From Eledone cirrhosa (taxonomy: Eukaryota), in assembly GCA_964016885.1 (NCBI GenBank), contig OZ024745.1, positions 17,484,001 to 17,548,000 on the forward strand: 64,000 bases of DNA. Reading direction: 5' to 3'. Shown one piece after another: positions 51,760 to 64,000 of the stretch. The first letter of the stretch is position 1, and each line of letters begins with the position of its first letter. Both the position numbers and the translations under genes were made by a program. The notes under the pieces were generated by a model that was given only the letters and a program-made list of their open reading frames with translations, did no database searches and was not told the origin of the DNA.

Positions 51760-53894
51760 GTGTGTGTATAATTAATCAATATACACTGCAAATGATTTAT
51801 AAATATTGCAATTCCGATGAGAATCATTCATGTCTTTTTATAAGTTTCTAAATAACAAATTATGACAAAAATTGTAGAATAATGCAACACTTAATTTTGT
51901 TCTAGTATCGTGTTACTTTAATATGATGGATTGAAATAATTAGATATCTTTCAACAATTTCTTCTTCGGAGGTCTACAAAATTTAATTTTGTATCAGTGA
52001 TATTTGCCTTTGACGTGGTTTTGGACACAATTCCACTGTTAATGATGACGTTGAAACCATTTTTCTGTTTTCTTTCCTGTTTCTTACACGATCGTATTGA
52101 AAGGAGTTTACTGTAAGGGCAACTTCTACTTTATCGCAATCCAAAGAACTCATAAATCTACATACGCATACAACTAACCCTACCTATTTTAATAAGAGTC
52201 AAAATACTGAAATCCTTCATATAGGGATATCTGATTATAAAACCACCGGATTGCAGATGAAAATCTCTGCTAAATTGTGAAGTTTTCTTATATCAATATA
52301 ACATTTCGACAATGGAACAACAGCGCATTGACAAAGAAATGTATTTTATAACAATACACAAACTCAAGGTAAATTCCTTGTATGTAAATTACCTTTAGAC
52401 ACATGAGACCATAGTTGCGTTGAAACCAGAGTTGCGTTGCTTTTTATGAAACATGCGTATATATTTTTTGAGAATTTTGATTAGAAAGGGCATAAGCGAC
52501 ACTGATAGAATATATTCAACAATAGCCCAAATTAAAATGAAATTTTAGAAATACACCTATGATATATTATATAATAGCCAAGTAGGCTTTCAAAGTAATA
52601 TATAACAGTTTAAAATATTATTGCAGTATGTATTCAAAGAAGATATTCCTACATTAGATAAACAGGAATTGGATATAAAAAAAAAGATATATTTCGATGA
52701 AGAATCTTTGATTAGACATCATCTTAATGTGAGTTGAGCTTTGAAAACATATAAATAATACGCTTTGCTTGAATGAACAGAGTTAAATGAACAGAATTAA
52801 ATGAGCTTAAAATATTAAAACTTAATGTTATCAAACGAAGGGTATGTAGATTATGAGCGCCAATATTTTCTTGCTTTAATTATAGCATTAAAATATGTTT
52901 GATATATTAAATCAGTGCAGCACACGAATATATGGCAATGTATGCATACAGAAAAATCATGTTATTTTTCTTTAATTTGTTTCTTCTTCTATATACATCA
53001 TTGTATGTTTAGAAATATGATGATACATGGGTGGCAAAAATAAATATAGTTACACTCATGTATATGCATATTTAATAAAATAACTCTACATTCAGTTTGT
53101 TTAAAATATGCACTAATCCTATAATGAAAGAGCTCACAATGACTCAAACAATTATTTAAAAACCAAATTCTCCAATGAATATATTTACAGTAATTTTCTA
53201 TACATATTCACTTTTTTCCATGTTCTTTAGGATTACACAATAGCATTATATTGATATCATAATACCCTCAACATTACTGTATCACATCATTTTCCGCTAA
53301 TGGCATTTTCCATTGTATTCGATGAAATAATATATTAAAAGAAACAATTTTTTATGAACAGGATTTTGGTTTCGCTGTTCTCATTTATTCCTAACAAAAC
53401 ATATTTTATTTTATTTATACTTTGCCATGAAGCTGACATCACAATCATTATTGGGTTCATAGAATGTAGAATGTAGAAGTTCATGCTATAATGAGATACA
53501 AGATATTCATGGATGTCCTGTCAAAATGGATGTATGGACAAGTATTGTAGTCTTGATAAAAAGGTAGTATTCTATCCTGTTTTGCTAAAAGTACACTTCA
53601 CGTTCAAATATTTGCCGAAAGAAAATTAGGAGAAATATCAGCATCCTAATTATAGTATTATAGTGCCCTATACTATTGGCATCAACATTTCTCAAATGAA
53701 AACAAAAGAACAGCTGTGTTTCTTTCAATATTTCAACAAGATTACGTTTAGTTGAACAACCCAATTTCTAGAATATTGTTGACAAATATGTTGTTAATTT
53801 TTAGGATCGATTAGTAATATTATTAATACTACAAAGTACGGTGGATTGGCAGTATCGTATGTTACAATATATCGCGGAAAACCAGACACAGTAC

Positions 53895-53968
<74 letters not shown>

Positions 53969-53970
53969 GT

Positions 53971-54009
<39 letters not shown>

Positions 54010-54011
54010 GT

Positions 54012-55058
<1,047 letters not shown>

Positions 55059-55882
55059 CATATATATAATAGTACTGGGTCTGTACATATGTCTTTGTTC
55101 TAAACAAAGTTACCTAATTTATTCTGTACATGTAGGGATTGCAGGATTTGATGATTTTAAATTACAGAATTTCAATTTTAAATATCGAAAAATGTCTGAA
55201 TATTGTAAGTTAAAATATTAAGTTTTCAATATTTATGCCAAGTATCAGGTTTTAAAGATTAATATCAGTTCTAAATACTTATCAATTAGCGTGTTTTCCA
55301 TCATGAAGGAATGATTCCACTTACCATTTCAAGAGAGTACACCATAGCACACACACCCACCTATTTTTTGGATGTTCCCCCTTCTTTTTTGTTAAATAGC
55401 TATAACTATGGACACTTTTTTTTGCGCTTCCTCTCATATGTTCCTTCTATTAATGTCTTCAGTCATATATATCTGATTATCTTTAATAAACCAACAGAAT
55501 TAGAACTAATCAATAATGTCATCAATTTATTTGTTATTAGCTGAGATTGAAATACAAAGAATGTATTGTATTCGTAGATTTACATACACACCCTGGTGTA
55601 GACATCGTCGTACACGCACATTCTCTCAAATGTGTGCATGATTGGGCACCTAATTATATCTACTGCACAGATCTAACGGCCACCCGCCTAGTTCTACCTG
55701 TCTACTCTTTGTAAATTAATTATGCAGAAATACACATATCACATACACACACGCGCACAGATACACACCCACACACACTCACACCTACACACACGGGGAC
55801 ACACACATACGCACAGACACACACACACGCACACACAAACACAGTCACACATATATATATATATAGTAAGAATATTTTTGAA

Positions 55883-58800
55883 ACATGTCTGAATATATAA
55901 TATATATAAGGCTGTCGCTCTACATGTCTGAATATATAATATATATATATATATAAGGCTCTCGCTCTACATGTCTGAATATATAATATATATATATAAG
56001 GCTCTCGCTCTACATGTCTGAATATATAATATATATATAGTTTAGGCTCTCGCTCTACATGTCTGAATATATAATATATATATATATGAGGCTCTCGCTC
56101 TAGATGTCTGAATATATAATATATATATATAAGGCTGTCGCTCTACATGTCTGAATATATAATATATATATATAAGGCTGTCGCTCTACATGTCTGAATA
56201 TATAATATATATAAGGCTGTCGCTCTACATGTCTGAATATATAATATATATAAGGCTGTCGCTCTACATGTCTGAATATATAATATATATAAGGCTGTCG
56301 CTCTACATGTCTGAATATAATAATATATAATATATATAAGGCTGTCGCTCTACATGTCTGAATATAATAATATATATATATAAGGCTCTCGCTCTACATG
56401 TCTGAATATATAATATATATATATAAGGCTCTCGCTCTACATGTCTGAATATATAATATATATATATATAAGGCTGTCGCTCTACATGGCTGAATATATA
56501 ATATATATATATATAAGGCTCTCGCTCTACATGTCTGAATATATAATATATATATATATAAGGCTCTCGCTCTACATGTCTGAATATATAATATATATAT
56601 ATATAAGGCTCTCGCTCTACATGTCTGAATATATAATATATATATATAAGGCTGTCGCTCTACATGTCTGAATATATAATATATATATATAATGCTGTCG
56701 CTCTACATGTCTGAATATAATATATATATATATAAGGCTGTCGCTCTACATGTCTGAATATAATATATATATATATAAGGCTGTCGCTCTACATGGCTGA
56801 ATATATATTTATATATATAAGGCTGTCGCTCTACATGTCTGAATATATAATATATATAAGGCTGTCGCTCTACATGTCTGAATATATAATATATATAAGG
56901 CTGTCGCTCTACATGTCTGAATATATAATATATATAAGGCTGTCGCTCTACATGTCTGAATATATAATATTTATAAGGCTGTCGCTCTACATGTCTGAAT
57001 ATATAATATATATATATAAGGCTGTCGCTCTACATGTCTGAATATATAATATATATATATATAAGGATGTCGCTCTACATGTCTGAATATATAATATATA
57101 TATATATAAGGCTCTCGCTCTACATGTCTGAATATATAATATATATATATAAGGCTGTCGCTCTACATGTCTGAATATATAATATATATAAGGCTGTCGC
57201 TGTACATGTCTGAATATATAATATATATATATAAGGCTGTCGCTCTACATGTCTGAATATAATATATATATATATATAAGGCTGTCGCTCTACATGTCTG
57301 AATATATAATATATATATATATATAAGGCTGTCGCTCTACATGTCTGAATATATAATATATATATATAAGGCTGTCGCTCTACATGTCTGAATATATAAT
57401 ATATATATATAAGGCTGTCGCTCTACATGTCTGAATATATAATATGTATAAGGCTGTCGCTCTACATGTCTGAATATATAATATATATAAGGCTGTCGCT
57501 CTACATGTCTGAATATATAATATATATATATATAAGGCTGTCGCTCTACATGTCTGAATATATAATATATATAAGGCTGTCGCTCTACATGTCTGAATAT
57601 ATAATATATATATATAAGGCTGTCGCTCTACATGTCTGAATATATAATATATATAAGGCTGTCGCTCTACATGTCTGAATATATAATATATATATATAAG
57701 GCTCTCGCTCTACATGTCTGAATATATAATATATATATATAAGGCTGTCGCTCTACATGTCTGAATATATAATATATATAAGGCTGTCGCTCTACATGTC
57801 TGAATATATAATATATATAAGGCTGTCGCTCTACATGTCTGAATATATAATATATATAAGGCTGTCGCTCTACATGTCTGAATATATAATATATATATAT
57901 AAGGCTGTCGCTCTACATGTCTGAATATATAATATATATATACAAGGCTGTCGCTCTACATGTCTGAATATATAATATATATATATATAAGGCCGTCGCT
58001 CTACATGTCTGAATATATAATATATATAAGGCTGTCGCTCTACATGTCTGAATATATAATATATATATATAAGGCTGTCGCTCTACATGGCTGAATATAT
58101 AATATATAATATATATAAGGCTGTCGCTCTACATGTCTGAATATAATAATATATATATATAAGGCTCTCGCTCTACATGTCTGAATATATAATATATATA
58201 TATATAAGGCTCTCGCTCTACATGTCTGAATATATAATATATATATATATATAAGGCTCTCGCTCTACATGTCTGAATATATAATATATATATATATAAG
58301 GCTCTCGCTCTACATGTCTGAATATATAATATATATATATATAAGGCTCTCGCTCTACATGTCTGAATATATAATATATATATATAAGGCTGTCGCTCTA
58401 CATGTCTGAATATATAATATATATATATATAAGGCTGTCGCTCTACATGTCTGAATATATAATATATATATATATATAAGGCTGTCGCTCTACATGTCTG
58501 AATATATAATATATATAAGGCTGTCGCTCTACATGTCTGAATATATAATATATATATATATAAGGCTGTCGCTCTACATGTCTGAATATATAATATATAT
58601 ATATATAAGGCTGTCGCTCTACATGTCTGAATATATATTTATATATATAAGGCTGTCGCTCTACATGTCTGAATATATAATATATATAAGGCTGTCGCTC
58701 TACATGTCTGAATATATAATATATATAAGGCTGTCGCTCTACATGTCTGAATATATAATATATATATATAAGGCTGTCGCTCTACATGGCTGAATATATA

Positions 58801-61800
58801 ATATATATATACAAGGCTTTTGCTCTACATGTCTGAATATATAATATATATAAGGCTGTCGCTCTACATGTCTGAATATATAATATATATATATAAGGCT
58901 GTCGCTCTACATGTCTGAATATATAATATATATATATAAGGCTGTCGCTCTACATGTCTGAATATATAATATATGATATATATAAGGCTCTCGCTCTACA
59001 TGTCTGAATATATAAAATATATATATATAAGGCTGTCGCTCTACATGTCTGAATATATAATATTTATAAGGCTGTCGCTCTACATGTCTGAATATATAAT
59101 ATATATAAGGCTGTCGCTCTACATGTCTGAATATATAATATTTATAAGGCTGTCGCTCTACATGTCTGAATATATAATATATATATATATAAGGATGTCG
59201 CTCTACATGTCTGAATATATAATATATATATATATAAGGCTGTCGCTCTACATGTCTGAATATATAATATTTATATATATAAGTCTGTCGCTCTAGATGT
59301 CTGAATATATAATATATATATATAAGGATGTCGCTCTACATGTCTGAATATATAATATATATATATATAAAGCTGTCGCTCTACATGTCTGAATATATAA
59401 TATATATAAGGCTGTCGCTCTACATGTCTGAATATATAATATATATATATAAGGCTGTCGCTCTACATGTCTGAATATATAATATATATAAGGCTGTCGC
59501 TCTACATGTCTGAATATATAATATATATAAGGCTGTCGCTCTACATGTCTGAATATATAATATTTATAAGGCTCTCGCTCTACATGTCTGAATATATAAT
59601 ATATATATATATAAGGCTGTCGCTCTACATGTCTGAATATATAATATAAATAAGGCTGTCGCTCTACATGTCTGAATATATAATATTTATATATAAGGCT
59701 GTCGCTCTACATGTCTGAATATGATATATATATATAAGGCTGTCGCTCTACATGTCTGAATATATAATATATATAAGGCTGTCGCTCTACATGTCTGAAT
59801 ATATAATATATATATATATAAAGCTCTCGCTCTACATGTCTGAATATATAATATATATATATAAGGCTGTCGCTCTACATGTCTGAATATATAATATATA
59901 TAAGGCTGTCGCTCTACATGTCTGAATATATAATATATATAAGGCTGTCGCTCTACATGTCTGAATATATAATATATATAAGGCTGTCGCTCTACATGTC
60001 TGAATATATAATATATATAAGGCTGTCGCTCTACATGTCTGAATATATAATATATATAAGGCTGTCGCTCTACATGTCTGAATATATAATATATATATAT
60101 AAGGCTGTCGCTCTACATGTCTGAATATATAATATATATATATATAAGGCTCTGGCTCTAGATGTCTGAATATATAATATATATATACAAGGCTGTCGCT
60201 CTACATGTCTGAATATATAATATATATATATATATAAGGCCGTCGCTCTACATGTCTGAATATATAATATATATAAGGCTGTCGCTCTACATGTCTGAAT
60301 ATATAATATATATATATAAGGCTGTCGCTCTACATGGCTGAATATATAATATATAATATATATAAGGCTGTCGCTCTACATGTCTGAATATAATAATATA
60401 TATATATAAGGCTCTCGCTCTACATGTCTGAATATATAATATATATATATATAAGGCTCTCGCTCTACATGTCTGAATATATAATATATATATATATAAG
60501 GCTCTCGCTCTACATGTCTGAATATATAATATATATATATATAAGGCTCTCGCTCTACATGTCTGAATATATAATATATATATATATAAGGCTCTCGCTC
60601 TACATGTCTGAATATATAATATATATATATAAGGCTGTCGCTCTACATGTCTGAATATATAATATATATATATATAAGGCTGTCGCTCTACATGTCTGAA
60701 TATATAATATATATATATATATAAGGCTCTCGCTCTACATGTCTGAATATATAATATATATAAGGCTGTCGCTCTACATGTCTGAATATATAATATATAT
60801 AAGGCTGTCGCTCTACATGTCTGAATATATAATATATATATATATATAAGGCTGTCGCTCTACATGTCTGAATATATAATATATATATATATAAGGCTGT
60901 CGCTCTACATGTCTGAATATATATTTATATATATAAGGCTGTCGCTCTACATGTCTGAATATATAATATATATAAGGCTGTCGCTCTACATGTCTGAATA
61001 TATAATATATATAAGGCTGTCGCTCTACATGTCTGAATATATAATATATATATATAAGGCTGTCGCTCTACATGGCTGAATATATAATATATATATACAA
61101 GGCTTTTGCTCTACATGTCTGAATATATAATATATATAAGGCTGTCGCTCTACATGTCTGAATATATAATATATATATATAAGGCTGTCGCTCTACATGT
61201 CTGAATATATAATATATATATATAAGGCTGTCGCTCTACATGTCTGAATATATAATATATGATATATATAAGGCTCTCGCTCTACATGTCTGAATATATA
61301 ATATATATATATATAAGGCTGTCGCTCTACATGTCTGAATATATAATATTTATAAGGCTGTCGCTCTACATGTCTGAATATATAATATATATAAGGCTGT
61401 CGCTCTACATGTCTGAATATATAATATTTATAAGGCTGTCGCTCTACATGTCTGAATATATAATATATATATATATAAGGATGTCGCTCTACATGTCTGA
61501 ATATATAATATATATATATATAAGGCTGTCGCTCTACATGTCTGAATATATAATATTTATATATATAAGTCTGTCGCTCTAGATGTCTGAATATATAATA
61601 TATATATATAAGGATGTCGCTCTACATGTCTGAATATATAATATATATATATATAAGGCTGTCGCTCTACAAGTCTGAATATATAATATATATAAGGCTG
61701 TCGCTCTACATGTCTGAATATATAATATATATATATAAGGCTGTCGCTCTACATGTCTAAATATATAATATATATAAGGCTGTCGCTCTACATGTCTGAA

Positions 61801-64000
61801 TATATAATATATATAAGGCTGTCGCACTACATGTCTGAATATATAATATTTATAAGGCTCTCGCTCTACATGTCTGAATATATAATATATATATATATAA
61901 GGCTGTCGCTCTACATGTCTGAATATATAATATATATAAGGCTGTCGCTCTACATGTCTGAATATATAATATTTATATATAAGGCTGTCGCTCTACATGT
62001 CTGAATATAATATATATATATAAGGATGTCGCTCTACATGTCTGAATATATAATATATATAAGGCTGTCGCTCTACATGTCTGAATATATAATATATATA
62101 TATATAAGGCTCTCGCTCTACATGTCTGAATATATAATATATATATATAAGGCTGTCGCTCTACATGTCTGAATATAATAATATATATATATATAAGGCT
62201 CTCGCTCTACATGTCTGAATATATAATATATATATATATATAAGGCTCTCGCTCTACATGTCTGAATATATAATATATATATATATAAGGCTGTCGCTCT
62301 ACATGGCTGAATATATAATATATATATATAAGGCTGTCGCTCTACATGTCTGAATATATAATATTTATATATAAGGCTGTCGCTCTACATGTCTGAATAT
62401 AATATATATATATATATAAGGCTGTCGCTCTACATGTCTGAATATATAATATATATAAGGCTCTCGCTCTACATGTCTGAATATATAATATATATATATA
62501 AGGCTGTCCCTCTACATGTCTGAATATAATAATATATATATATATAAGGCTCTCGCTCTACATGTCTGAATATATAATATATATATATAAGGCTCTCGCT
62601 CTACATGGCTGAATATATTATATATATATATAAGGCTGTCGCTCTACATGGCTGAATATATAATATATATATATAAGGCTCTCGCTCTACATGTCTGAAT
62701 ATATAATATTTATAAGGCTGTCGCTCTACATGTCTGAATATATAATATATATATATAAGGATGTCGCTCTACATGTCTGAATATAATAATATATATATAT
62801 ATAAGGCTCTCGCTCTACATGTCTGAATATATAATATATATATATAAGGCTCTCGCTCTACATGTCTGAATATATAATATATATATATAAGGCTGTCGCT
62901 CTACATGTCTGAATATATAATATTTATAAGGCTGTCGCTCTACATGTCTGAATATATAATATATATATATATAATGCTCTCGCTCTACATGTCTGAATAT
63001 ATAATATATATATATAAGGCTGTCGCTCTACATGTCTGAATATATAATATATATAAGGCTGTCGCTCTACATGTCTGAATATATAATATATATATATAAG
63101 GCTGTCGCTCTACATGTCTGAATATAATATATATATATATATAAGGCTGTCGCTCTACATGTCTGAATATATAATATATATAAGGCTGTCGCTCTACATG
63201 TCTGAATATATAATATATATATATAAGGCTGTCGCTCTACATGTCTGAATATATAATATATATAAGGCTGTCGCTCTACATGTCTGAAAATATAATATAT
63301 ATATATAAGGCTCTCGCTCTACATGTCTGAATATATAATATATATATATAAGGCTGTCGCTCTACATGTCTGAATATATAATATATATAAGGCTGTCGCT
63401 CTACATGTCTGAATATATAATATATGTAAGGCTGTCGCTCTACATGTCTGAATATATAATATATATAAGGCTGTCGCTCTACATGTCTGAATATATAATA
63501 TATATAAGGCTGTCGCTCTACATGTCTGAATATATAATATATATAAGGCTGTCGCTCTACATGTCTGAATATATAATATATATATATAAGGCTGTCGCTC
63601 TACATGTCTGAATATATAATATATATATATATAAGGCTCTCGCTCTAGATGTCTGAATATATAATATATATAAGGCTGTCGCTCTACATGTCTGAATATA
63701 TAATATATATATATATAAGGCCGTCGCTCTACATGTCTGAATATATAATATATATAAGGCTGTCGCTCTACATGTCTGAATATATAATATATATATATAA
63801 GGCTGTCGCTCTACATGGCTGAATATATAATATATATATATATAAGGCTCTCGCTCTACATGTCTGAATATATAATATATATATATATAAGGCTCTCGCT
63901 CTAGATGTCTGAATATATAATATATATAAGGCCGTCGCTCTACATGTCTGAATATATAATATATATAAGGCTGTCGCTCTACATGTCTGAATATATAATA
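55883..64000. repeat. Satellite array of ~39-47-bp units, roughly 190 copies, running off the window
   Basis: Unit aaggct(g/c)tcgctctacatgtctgaatatataa followed by (ta)n of variable length. Confidence 0.97.

Noticed and set aside
55883-64000. CRISPR-like array, or MSEYIIYIRLSLY repeat protein
   Set aside because: Spacers are only (TA)n length variants, there are no cas genes, and the context is eukaryotic; the ORFs are satellite translations.

Overview
AT-rich, microsatellite-dense eukaryotic DNA with no host gene, rRNA, true tRNA or CRISPR that I can support. The SINE family and (TA)n/(CA)n density suggest a mollusc, probably a cephalopod (inference). The window holds one full-length but decayed Tx1/L1 LINE set in (AAT)n, four loci of GIY-YIG Penelope-like elements (PLEs) with tandem and inverted pseudo-LTRs, several tRNA-derived SINEs, a probable Helentron-type element, an RTE-like 5' UTR, a 31-bp minisatellite and an 8-kb satellite with a ~2.29-kb higher-order repeat. 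The main signal absent from the ORF track is about 20 type-I hammerhead ribozyme (HHR) motifs from at least 10 unrelated families, read by eye on both strands. Most have a palindromic stem III. Many lie in short non-coding, (TA)n-bounded, tandem or inverted units that resemble retrozymes. They include recurrent non-canonical cores (U4A 'CAGAxGA', compensatory U3-A8 'UUGAAAA', U10.1-U11.1) and one possible nested opposite-polarity pair. Folds are manual, element boundaries are approximate, and no ribozyme activity has been tested.
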